Shown here piece after piece: positions 1-11,900 of a DNA stretch of 64,000 nucleotides (its first letter is position 1; the number at the start of each line of letters is the position of its first letter). The translations under genes and the position numbers were made by a program. The stretch comes from Eledone cirrhosa (Eukaryota), in the NCBI GenBank assembly GCA_964016885.1, contig OZ024742.1, positions 257,610,001 through 257,674,000 on the forward strand, in the 5' to 3' direction. The notes under the pieces were generated by a model. That model searched no databases and was not told the origin of the DNA. It was given only the letters and a program-made list of their open reading frames with translations.

Positions 1-54
1 TATATATATAAATATATAATTATATTATATATATATATAAACATATATATATAC

Positions 55-498
55 GAAAAAATAAAACAAAATTTCATTTCCCACTCTTAGTACGGCTGTT
101 ACTTAAATATAAGTATGTACACGTACATACATATATGTATACAGACGTACAGTAGCATGTATATATATATACGTACATGCACACACATATATATATACAC
201 GTATGGATTCACCGAACATTTATTATAATGCTCGGTGTGTTTGTAAACAAACATCCCGTATTAAGCCCTAGTGTCTAGCAACCATCGTTGCTCGTTTGTT
301 CAACACTGAAAAAGGAACGCTGTACTAGTTTCAAACTTATTAACTATCGTCAGCAACGTATACCTTTCTGCCAGATTGTTGAACGTATATACTTACCTCA
401 TGAATATTAACGGTTGAGTAGCCCAATTTGCATATCGAGTGGGTTAATCAGCCGGGTACACCGAGAATGATAAACGGAAAAATGAAACGAAATTTCAT
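55..498 (-). mobile_element. Solitary diverged monomer of the HHR-bearing (retrozyme-like) repeat family, between (TA)n tracts
   Basis: Collinear motifs shared with the 465-bp unit: ggaa..actagtttc, tacct.tct, aatttgcata, gataaa..aa..gaaacgaaatt; carries an HHR at 317-359. Confidence 0.7.
317..359 (-). ncRNA. Minimal type-I hammerhead ribozyme
   Basis: Minus strand: ACGUUG CUGACGA uaguu-aaua-aguuu GAAA cuag UA CAGCGU; stem I has 6 bp, stem II is weak. Confidence 0.7.
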
Positions 499-532
499 AT
501 ATATATAAATATACATAAATATATAATTATAT

Positions 533-564
<32 letters not shown>

Positions 565-645
565 AATATATATAATTATATAATTATATTACATATAGAT
601 ATATAAAAAATGTAACCATTGTTGTTCGAAGCTCGCGGGAGCTTG

Positions 646-680
<35 letters not shown>

Positions 681-799
681 AATATATATATACATATATA
701 CAAATATATATATATATATATTTATATATCGATCGAGTTTCGTCAAATCGGACCGAGGAAACAATGTTTCCATTGGTCTTTCCAATTTCTAATACTTTC

Positions 800-940
800 T
801 ATCGGTCGCAACTCCAGGTAGAAGGAGCAACGTGAAATAAAGAGTCTTGCTCAAGAACATAACGCATTGCCCGGTTCGGGAATCGAACTCACAACCTCGC
901 GATTGTGAATCCAGTTCTCTAACCTCTCAGCCACGCACCT
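800..940 (-). mobile_element. tRNA-derived SINE 5' part
   Basis: Minus strand: gtggctgagagg (A-box-like), ggttgtgagttcgattccc (B box), then ttcttgagcaag core; related copy near 36180-36460. Confidence 0.7.
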
Positions 941-950
941 ATATGTATAT

Positions 951-982
<32 letters not shown>

Positions 983-985
983 TAC

Positions 986-1016
<31 letters not shown>

Positions 1017-1107
1017 AATATATATAAATATATAAATATATAATTATATAATATATATATATAAATATATTTATATATATATATATATATGTATATGTAT
1101 ATATATA

Positions 1108-2762
1108 TTAGAAAGATCGAGTATCGAAAAATCGGCGCACGAGTTCACGATAAACGAGATTCGGCATGAGCGGCAGAGGGCTCAATAATTCAGATGAATC
1201 AGAGCTATAACTATCGTTAAAATACCGTCACATATAGAACAAGTCTACAATCAACCATACGATTTAAAATCGATAGAGGAAGATTCGGGACAAACAGATA
1301 AAAAATATCAATAAAACAATACGTCAATAATTTAAATGAATGTAAAATCATACCCGGACCCACTAGACAGGTGTTAAATCTAGCTTCATGGGTTTCTGTA
1401 AATCCTTAGACTGTACTCTATCAGCTCACATATAAATATAAAAGCCTACTAGAGTAAGCGGAACGGAGGTTTACTTTCTCAACGAGTTTTTTCCTGGCGG
1501 CAGAGGAGCCAACTACCAGTGAAAAACGCACATGGCATTAGACAAGGGAGATGACCCCTATATCCGCGAAAACAATTCGAGTGAATGTGGAAATACACAT
1601 ATCGAATTAGAGTGCTCAATAGACATGTTAAAATAAAACAAAAGCTATTCATCACTCAATAGAATCGACAAAAAATGAGCAATAAAATTAACTGGTGGAT
1701 AGCTATGTCCAGAGCTAAATATATTAGAAAGATCGAGTATCGAAAAATCGGCGCACGAGTTCACGATAAACGAGATTCGGTATGAGCGGCAGAGGGCTCA
1801 ATAATTCAGATGAATCAGAGCTATAACTATCGTTAAAATACCGCCACATATAGAACAAGTCTACAATCAACCATACGATTTAAAATCGATAGAGGAAGAT
1901 TCGGGACAAACAGATAAAAAATATCAATAAAACAATACGTCAATAATTTAAATGAATGTAAAATCATACCCGGACCCACTAGACAGGTGTTAAATCTAGC
2001 TTCATGGGTTTCTGTAAATCCTTAGACTGTACTCTATCATCTCACATATAAATATAAAAGCCTACTAGAGTAAGCGGAACGGAGGTTTACTTTCTCAACG
2101 AGTTTTTTCCTGGCGGCAGAGGAGCCAACTACCAGTGAAAAACGCACATGGCATTAGACAAGGGAGATGACCCCTATATCCGCGAAAACAATTCGAGTGA
2201 ATGTGGAAATACACATATCGAAGTAGAGTGCTCAATAGACATGTTAAAATAAAACAAAAGCTATTCATCACTCAATAGAATCGACAAAAAATGAGCAATA
2301 AAATTAACTGGTGGATAGCTATGTCCAGAGCTAAATATATTAGAAAGATCGAGTATCGAAAAATCGGCGCACGAGTTCACGATAAACGAGATTCGGTATG
2401 AGCGGCAGAGGGCTCAATAATTCAGATGAATCAGAGCTATAACTATCGTTAAAATACCGTCACATATAGAACAAGTCTACAATCAACCATACGATTTAAA
2501 ATCGATAGAGGAAGATTCGGGACAAACAGATAAAAAATATCAATAAAACAATACGTCAATAATTTAAATGAATGTAAAATCATACCCGGACCCACTAGAC
2601 AGGTGTTAAATCTAGCTTCATGGGTTTCTGTAAATCCTTAGACTGTACTCTATCAGCTCACATATAAATATAAAAGCCTACTAGAGTAAGCTGAACGGAG
2701 GTTTACTTTCTCAACGAGTTTTTTCCTGGCGGCAGAGGAGCCAACTACCAGTGAAAAACGCA
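1108..2762. repeat. Tandem repeat, 616-bp unit, ~2.7 near-identical copies, flanked by (TA)n
   Basis: ttagaaagatcgagtatcg starts at 1108, 1724 and 2340. Confidence 0.95.
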
Positions 2763-2853
2763 TATATATATATAAATATATAATTATATTACATATATAT
2801 ATATATAGATATAGATATATATATAAATATATATAAATATATAATTATATTAC

Positions 2854-2886
<33 letters not shown>

Positions 2887-3283
2887 CGATATATTAACAA
2901 ATGGAAACTATATTTATACAACCATATTTATTTCATTATACATTATTCAAGGACTCCACTAATAAAGTGCTTTATATCAGTTCTAAAAATATTTGCTTGT
3001 TGTATCCATAAAACTTAAATAGAACTTCTACATCTATATATAAATATATATATAATTATATTACATATATATATAAATATATATATATATATAATTATAT
3101 TACATATGCATATAAATATATATATATAATTATATTACATATACATATAAATATATATATATATATATGTATAATTATATTACATATACATATAAATATA
3201 TATATAAATATATATATATAATTATATTACATATACATATAAATATATATATAAATATATATATATAATTATATTACATATAC

Positions 3284-3315
<32 letters not shown>

Positions 3316-3526
3316 TACATATATATATAAATATATATATATAATTATAATATATATATATATATATAAATATATATATAATTATATTACATATATATAT
3401 ATAAATATATATATAATTATATTAAATATATATATAAATATATATATAATTATATTACATATATATATATAAATATATATATAAATATATATATATTTAT
3501 ATAAATATATATATACATATATATAT

Positions 3527-3561
<35 letters not shown>

Positions 3562-3588
3562 TATATAAATGTATATATAAATATATAA

Positions 3589-3620
<32 letters not shown>
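2763..3620. repeat. Degenerate (TA)n / tataattatattaca microsatellite containing a short fragment (~2887-3030) of the 21366 repeat family
   Basis: Direct reading; aaatggaaactatatttata..accatattta is shared with ~21380. Confidence 0.85.
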
Positions 3621-3621
<1 letters not shown>

Positions 3622-4270
3622 GTTATACTTTGGGAGGGCCATGTTGCCAATAAGAAACACACGCACCATTGCTTTCACTTAAATGTATTATAAGTTAAAT
3701 TTATAAATTTAGGAATTTATTCATTTCCGGTTGCTTGGATGGAACCACAACCAGACGATTGTTCATACGTTGTCAAAGTTCTTTCGTCGCGCATTCTGTG
3801 ACCTCTTCATTGACTGGGGATTATTTTCTTCGTTTTGGGGCCTCTCCTTTGTTATGTCCTACGCCATCTTGTTTTTGTGTGTGTTGTGTGCTTAGTTTGC
3901 GCATGTGTTACATCCCGGCGTCTGTGTGTGTGTTTATATTTGTTTATTTATATGTTTATTTACATGTTACTGGTTGGTTGTTTGTTCTAGGTGTTTTTGT
4001 GTTTTCATGTCCTTAATTGTAAGTTGTGATGTTGCATTTATGTTTATTGCCTCTGTGATTTGTCTAAGCATTGCGTATTTTCTGTGTGTAGATTCTATTT
4101 TTATTTCTATGTTCTTTAATTTACTATTATGTTCTATTTTAGCATGTTGGTAGAGTACAGATGATTCTTTTCCATCTTGAAGCTCTCGCCGGATTTCATT
4201 TATCCGTTCTCCTATAATACGAGCTGTCTCACCTATGTACACTATATTCATATAAATACGTACACTATAT
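3621..4270 (-). mobile_element. Penelope-like element 3' fragment (GIY-YIG endonuclease remnant + UTR)
   Basis: ORF 3967-4251 NIVYIGETAR..ERINE..R..EA resembles the PLE GIY-YIG C-terminal half; bounded by (TA)n. Confidence 0.7.
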
Positions 4271-4271
4271 T

Positions 4272-4325
<54 letters not shown>

Positions 4326-5868
4326 AAGAATCAAAGAACTGTTCAAAACATTATTGTGCTTACAGCTGTTTCCTCCAAACCGAGGTTTAGATTCTTCGGA
4401 GCAATTTATTAATGCATGGACAGTTATATGACCTCCTTTTCAGCCGAGAGACATACCGATACATATTCAAACGTTGATACATATTCAAACATTGTGGGTC
4501 AACATTCATTACAGAATTTAGAGTGGCAGTACACACTTCGAAATTACATTTATATTAAGAGGTACAATCAAAAATCAAAAATACAGGTTAAAATACAACT
4601 TGAAGATAAGGGGTTATATAGTGCAAATGTTATATGTGTGGCACGCATGTGCGTCTTGTTTATATAGTGTGGCAGAGAGATATGTGTGGTAGAGGCACTT
4701 AGGTAGGTAAACAAGAGTGTTAGGTTGGTAGATCTGGTGGCAAATTCTTTATATGATTGATATAGTCTGTGTGTGGAGAAATGTTATAAACATTAAAAAT
4801 AGTGCAAGCATTAAAAGTGTTAAAAGTATTGGAGATGCACAGCGAAGGGATGTCAAGTATTTCATGTACTTCGGCATTTTCATGGTCAGGGGAGTGTATT
4901 TTTCGATTATATGCCCCTCACACAATCCACGACAATCCGATATTGAGCGTTTGACAATCCAGTTAGAGATCGTAGTCTGGTGTTCTTTAGTTCAATACAG
5001 GAGGCTGTTACGTTTCGAGAAACGCCATTGAATACCACCCGGAAGTGTGCGTGTGGCTAAGGGGAGTTAATGCATGCGGGGAGGTAACTCCGGGGTTTCT
5101 ATATCTAGCTATTAAAATGTGTCACAATATAGACCGTAATTTCTATGGTGATGCGCATCCTCCAAGAAAATTTTAAAAGCATAAAGTGTATTAACTATAG
5201 AGTAGTTTAATTAAGTTATGCTGAAGGTCATCATATTATTATGGTGGATTAACCCATCGTAAGGTGCCACAAATGGAAATTATAGATGATGAGCGAGGAT
5301 TCTAAATTAATGATCTCTGTGGTTGTAGTCTACTCATAGGACCAGGCGCGGTGATTGCAGGATTGCTTCAGGACCCAATGATCTCTGGTAAGTTCTGGGT
5401 CAACGCTTGCTACATTGGATGTCGAAAGATAATCATCCCCTTTCCGGCCAGAGGTCAATCCGCAGTTCTCGCGACTCCTCTCTGACCGTCAGATCATCCA
5501 TATATGTACAACCCGCACGGCAGTTGTAATGCATTCACTCACTGCGCTCAGCAGCCTGGTCCTACTGCTCAACAGCGTTACTAGATTAAATCATTTTTCA
5601 TCTGTCTAAGGAAGCTGTTTCCTCTGCACAACACTATCCAACCGATCAATTCATGCTCAAATTACACTTAGAGCGGTGTAGTGCCGTTCAAGTGGGTGGA
5701 TGTTGTCACACCTGACGTAGAGGTATAAATGGGTATTCTCCCTGCGAAGGGTTCCAGAGGGATGTCGTTGTTTGTGTTATAATAGATAAGTTAGTGTTGG
5801 GTATGTAGTATAAGGTGTGTCTCTGGTGTTTGATGCTAGATGTGGTGTTAGGTTCCAGTCCGACATTG

Positions 5869-6300
5869 CTATATATTGGGCTTAAAGTTTTGGAAGGAAT
5901 GTCTGAAGCGGTGCTGGCAAGTTGCAAACACCTCAGATTTTTTGTTAAGTAGGTTACGGTTGGAGAAGATAATATTGTGTGTCTCTAGTATACAGAGGTT
6001 ACAAAATTTATTAGGTGGTTTGTATGAGGTCGCGCTGCCTATCACTTCCCATTTGAGTGTGTATGGTTTATTTTTAGTTTTTAGATAGTGTATGTAGCTA
6101 GAAAGTGAGGTGGAGTTTGCTAGGCTGTGCTTTTTGAACGAGTGGATGTGCGAATTATATCTGATTTTGAAGCAGTTAGAAGTGGAGCCTACATAGGTTT
6201 CTGAAGAGTTGTTAGTCGTGACGGTGTATGAGTATATGATATCCTTGGTTAGACATTTTTTATCTAAAGGGCAGGTTCTATTCGCTCTACAGTTACAATT
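5869..6300 (-). pseudogene. PLE GIY-YIG endonuclease domain (no start codon; absent from the ORF track)
   Basis: Manual translation CNCRANRTCPLDKKCLTKDIIYSY..YVGST..FKIRYNSH..LKWEVI..CNLCILE..LLNKKSE is homologous to 16707-17357. Confidence 0.85.
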
Positions 6301-8010
6301 ATCCTGTGCGTTAGTCCGCTGGTTATAATGCAGTGCGGAAGTCTGTGTGGTAGCTATAGGATTTTGGGCGTTCGGGTTGACAACCCTGGTGTTATTACTT
6401 ATACTAGTGTTATTTCTATTGTTACTGCCGTTGCTATGGTTGCTTGCTACAGTGGTATTTAGAGGGTTTGCATCCCGTTGTGATTTTGTTTGTTGGAAGT
6501 AAGAACTAATTTTACTATTATTGCTTCAGACATTCCTTCCAAAACTTTAAGCCCAATATATAGCAATGTCGGTCTGGAACCTAACACCACATCTAGCATC
6601 AAACACCAGAGACACACCTTATACTACATACCCAACACTAACTGATCTATTATAACACAAACAACGACATCCCTCTGGAACCCTTCGCAGGGAGAATACC
6701 CATTTATACCTCTACGTCAGGTGTGACAACATCCACCCACTTGAACGGCACTACACCGCTCTAAGGGTAATTTGAGCATGAATTGATCGGTTGGATAGTG
6801 TTGTGCAGAGGAAACAGCTTCCTCAGACAGATGAAAAATGATTTAATCTAGTAACGCTGTTGAGCAGTAGGACCAGGCTGCTGAGCGCAGTGAGTGAATG
6901 CATTGCAACTGCCGTGCGGGTTGTAAATATATGGATGATCTGACGGTCAGAGAGGGGTCGCGAGGACTGCGGATTGACCTCTGGCCGGCCCGGGGATGAT
7001 TATCTTTCTACATCCAATGTAGCAAGCGTTGACCCAGAACTTACCAGAGATCATTGGGTCCTGAAGCAATCCTGCAATCACCGCGCCTGGTCCTATGAGT
7101 AGACTACAACCACAGAGATCATTAATTTAGAATCCTCGCTCATCATCTATAATTTCCATTTGTGGCACCTTACGATGGGTTAATCCACCATAATAATATG
7201 ATCACCTTCTGCATAACTTAATTAAACTACTCTATAGTTAATACACTTTATGCTTTAAACATTTTCTTGGAGGATGCGCATCACCATAGAAATTAGGGTC
7301 TATATTGTGACACATTTTAATAGCTAGGTATAGAAACCCCGGAGTTACCTCCCCGCATGCATTAACTCCCCTTAGACACACGCACACTTCCTGGTGGTAT
7401 TCAATGGCGTTTCTCGAAACGTAACAGCCTCCTGTATTGAACTAAAGAACACCAGACTACGATCTCTAACTGGATTGTCAAACGCTCAATATCGGATTGT
7501 CGTGGATTATGTGAAGGGCATATAATCGAAAAATACACTCCCCTGACCATGAAAATGCCGAAGTACATGAAATACTTGACATCCCTTCGCTGTGCATCTC
7601 CAATACTTTTAACACTTTTAATGCTTGCACTATTTTTAATGCTTATAACATTTCTCCACACACAGACTATATCAATCATATAAAGAATTTGCCACCAGAT
7701 CTACCAACCTAACACTCTTGTTTACCTACCTAAGTGCCTCTACCACACATATCTCTCTGCCACACTATATAAACAAGACGCACATGCGTGCCACACATAT
7801 AACATTTGCACTATATAACCCCTTATCTTCATGTTGTATTTTAACCTGTATTTTTGATTTTTGATTGTACCTCTTAATATAAATGTAATCTCGAAGTGTG
7901 TACTGCCACTCTAAATTCTGTAATGAATGTTGACCCACAATGTTTGAATATGTATCAATATGTCTCTCGGCTGAAAAGGAGGTCATATAACTGTCCATGC
8001 ATTAATAAAT

Positions 8011-8057
8011 TGCTCCGAAGAATCTAAACCTCGGTTTGGAGGAAACAGCTGTAAGCA
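8011..8057 (+). ncRNA. Hammerhead-like motif with U4C core (inverted copy at 4357-4403, minus strand)
   Basis: UGCU CCGAAGA a-ucuaaacc-uc-gguuugga-g GAAA cagcug UA AGCA. Confidence 0.65.
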
Positions 8058-8346
8058 CAATAATGTTTTGAACAGTTCTTTGATTCTTATATTTCATATA
8101 ACTGCTCTGTAAATCATCTGATGTTTTTACATTGAGCTACTTAACTTACTGGTAATAAGGTAGTAATACATTACTGCCTACCATTATTTAGGGTGTGTGT
8201 AAAATACTTATAACTGCATAAGGTTTTGTATTTACATAACCATAAATAGTATAACTAATACTATATATATATATATAAATAAATATATATATATATAATT
8301 TTTATATATATAAATATATATATATATATATAGTTTTTATATATAG

Positions 8347-8386
<40 letters not shown>

Positions 8387-8468
8387 TGTATATATATATA
8401 AATAAATATATATATATATATAATTTTTATATATATAAATATATATATATATAAATATATATATAAAT

Positions 8469-8543
<75 letters not shown>

Positions 8544-8850
8544 AATATAAATATATATAAAAACAAATAACGAAACGAAATTAAATTTCGTTTCGTTTGT
8601 AACTCACTTTTGTATGACTGACGCTTAAACAATTAAGTTAAAAATGTACATCCACATATGTATACTGAAATACTAGTATTCATATGAATACACACACGTG
8701 TACATATGTAGATTACCGAGTTTTTCACTGGTCACTTTACTGTGAGTGTCCAGCTATTCTGTATGTAAACACACAGACAAACCGGTTTTTAGAGTCATAC
8801 TGGTTTTTGAGGAAACAGCTTTCCTCTATTCCCCAGAAAGCCAGACAAGG

Positions 8851-8895
8851 AATATTGGACTAGTTTCGATGTTGTTACATCTCATCAGCAATATT
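8851..8895 (-). ncRNA. Minimal type-I hammerhead ribozyme; identical copies start at 9316, 9781, 10246, 10711, 11176, 11641, 12106, 12572, 13038
   Basis: Minus strand: AAUAUUG CUGAUGA GAUGU-aaca-ACAUC GAAA cuag UC^ CAAUAUU; canonical core, 7-bp stem I, 5-bp stem II, palindromic ACUAGU stem III, GUC site. Confidence 0.9.
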
Positions 8896-8980
8896 TACCT
8901 ATCTTCCGGCCTTTCTAGAGAATCGTAAAAGCACATATCGTTATATGCTTTTTCTATGAAAATTAGTAGTGGGCAGACTA

Positions 8981-8988
8981 ATTTGCAT
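8981..8988. promoter_or_regulatory. Octamer motif ATTTGCAT in every monomer (also 426-433 in the sibling copy)
   Basis: Exact match, at the equivalent position relative to the HHR in both diverged family members; function inferred only. Confidence 0.4.
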
Positions 8989-11900
8989 AGAGCGTGAGTA
9001 CGTACCGGTTCAATGGAGACGATAAAAACAAATAACGAAACGAAATTAAATTTCGTTTCGTTTGTAACTCACTTTTGTATGACTGACGCTTAAACAATTA
9101 AGTTAAAAATGTACATCCACATATGTATACTGAAATACTAGTATGCATATGAATACACACACGTGTACATATGTAGATGTACCGAGTTTCCACTGGTCAC
9201 TTTACTGTGAGTGTCCAGCTATTCTGTATGTAAACACACAGACAAACCGGTTTTTAGAGTCATACTGGTTTTTGAGGAAACACCTTTCCTCTATTCTCCA
9301 GAAAGCCAGACAAGGAATATTGGACTAGTTTCGATGTTGTTACATCTCATCAGCAATATTTACCTATCTTCCGGCCTTTCTAGAGAATCGTAAAAGCACA
9401 TATCGTTATATGCTTTTTCTATGAAAATTAGTAGTGGGCAGACTAATTTGCATAGAGCGTGAGTACGTACCGGTTCAACGGAGACGATAAAGACAAATAA
9501 CGAAACGAAATTAAATTTCGTTTCGTTTGTAACTCACTTTTGTATGACTGACGCTTAAACAATTAAGTTAAAAATGTACATCCACATATGTATACTGAAA
9601 TACTAGTATTCATATGAATACACACACGTGTACATATGTAGATTACCGAGTTTTTCACTGGTCACTTTACTGTGAGTGTCCAGCTATTCTGTATGTAAAC
9701 ACACAGACAAACCGGTTTTTAGAGTCATACTGGTTTTTGAGGAAACACCTTTCCTCTATTCCCCAGAAAGCCAGACAAGGAATATTGGACTAGTTTCGAT
9801 GTTGTTACATCTCATCAGCAATATTTACCTATCTTCCGGCCTTTCTAGAGAATCGTAAAAGCACATATCGTTATATGCTTTTTCTATGAAAATTAGTAGT
9901 GGGCAGACTAATTTGCATAGAGCGTGAGTACGTACCGGTTCAATGGAGACGATAAAAACAAATAACGAAACGAAATTAAATTTCGTTTCGTTTGTAACTC
10001 ACTTTTGTATGACTGACGCTTAAACAATTATGTTAAAAATGTACATCCACATATGTATACTGAAATACTAGTATGCATATGAATACACACACGTGTACAT
10101 ATGTAGATGTACCGAGTTTCCACTGGTCACTTTACTGTGAGTGTCCAGCTATTCTGTATGTAAACACACAGACAAACCGGTTTTTAGAGTCATACTGGTT
10201 TTTGAGGAAACACCTTTCCTCTATTCTACAGAAAGCCAGACAAGGAATATTGGACTAGTTTCGATGTTGTTACATCTCATCAGCAATATTTACCTATCTT
10301 CCGGCCTTTCTAGAGAATCGTAAAAGCACATATCGTTATATGCTTTTTCTATGAAAATTAGTAGTGGGCAGACTAATTTGCATAGAGCGTGAGTACGTAC
10401 CGGTTCAACGGAGACGATAAAGACAAATAACGAAACGAAATTAAATTTCGTTTCGTTTGTAACTCACTTTTGTATGACTGACGCTTAAACAATTAAGTTA
10501 AAAATGTACATCCACATATGTATACTGAAATACTAGTATGCATATGAATACACACACGTGTACATATGTAGATTACCGAGTTTTTCACTGGTCACTTTAC
10601 TGTGAGTGTCCAGCTATTCTGTATGTAAACACACAGACAAACCGGTTTTTAGAGTCATACTGGTTTTTGAGGAAACACCTTTCCTCTATTCCCCAGAAAG
10701 CCAGACAAGGAATATTGGACTAGTTTCGATGTTGTTACATCTCATCAGCAATATTTACCTATCTTCCGGCCTTTCTAGAGAATCGTAAAAGCACATATCG
10801 TTATATGCTTTTTCTATGAAAATTAGTAGTGGGCAGACTAATTTGCATAGAGCGTGAGTACGTACCGGTTCAATGGAGACGATAAAAACAAATAACGAAA
10901 CGAAATTAAATTTCGTTTCGTTTGTAACTCACTTTTGTATGACTGACGCTTAAACAATTAAGTTAAAAATGTACATCCACATATGTATACTGAAATACTA
11001 GTATGCATATGAATACACACACGTGTACATATGTAGATGTACCGAGTTTCCACTGGTCACTTTACTGTGAGTGTCCAGCTATTCTGTATGTAAACACACA
11101 GACAAACCGGTTTTTAGAGTCATACTGGTTTTTGAGGAAACACCTTTCCTCTATTCTCCAGAAAGCCAGACAAGGAATATTGGACTAGTTTCGATGTTGT
11201 TACATCTCATCAGCAATATTTACCTATCTTCCGGCCTTTCTAGAGAATCGTAAAAGCACATATCGTTATATGCTTTTTCTATGAAAATTAGTAGTGGGCA
11301 GACTAATTTGCATAGAGCGTGAGTACGTACCGGTTCAACGGAGACGATAAAGACAAATAACGAAACGAAATTAAATTTCGTTTCGTTTGTAACTCACTTT
11401 TGTATGACTGACGCTTAAACAATTAAGTTAAAAATGTACATCCACATATGTATACTGAAATACTAGTATTCATATGAATACACACACGTGTACATATGTA
11501 GATTACCGAGTTTTTCACTGGTCACTTTACTGTGAGTGTCCAGCTATTCTGTATGTAAACACACAGACAAACCGGTTTTTAGAGTCATACTGGTTTTTGA
11601 GGAAACACCTTTCCTCTATTCCCCAGAAAGCCAGACAAGGAATATTGGACTAGTTTCGATGTTGTTACATCTCATCAGCAATATTTACCTATCTTCCGGC
11701 CTTTCTAGAGAATCGTAAAAGCACATATCGTTATATGCTTTTTCTATGAAAATTAGTAGTGGGCAGACTAATTTGCATAGAGCGTGAGTACGTACCGGTT
11801 CAATGGAGACGATAAAAACAAATAACGAAACGAAATTAAATTTCGTTTCGTTTGTAACTCACTTTTGTATGACTGACGCTTAAACAATTATGTTAAAAAT

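Larger units (their letters stand above)
4316..8260 (-). mobile_element. 5'-truncated Penelope-like element with ~1.6-kb inverted pseudo-LTR pair (arms 4316-5909 and 6523-8100)
   Basis: Arms are reverse complements (identical 92-aa ORFs on opposite strands); the spacer encodes GIY-YIG on the minus strand. Confidence 0.9.

Noticed and set aside
860-940. tRNA gene
   Set aside because: A/B boxes run into a SINE core; no complete cloverleaf; similar decayed copies elsewhere
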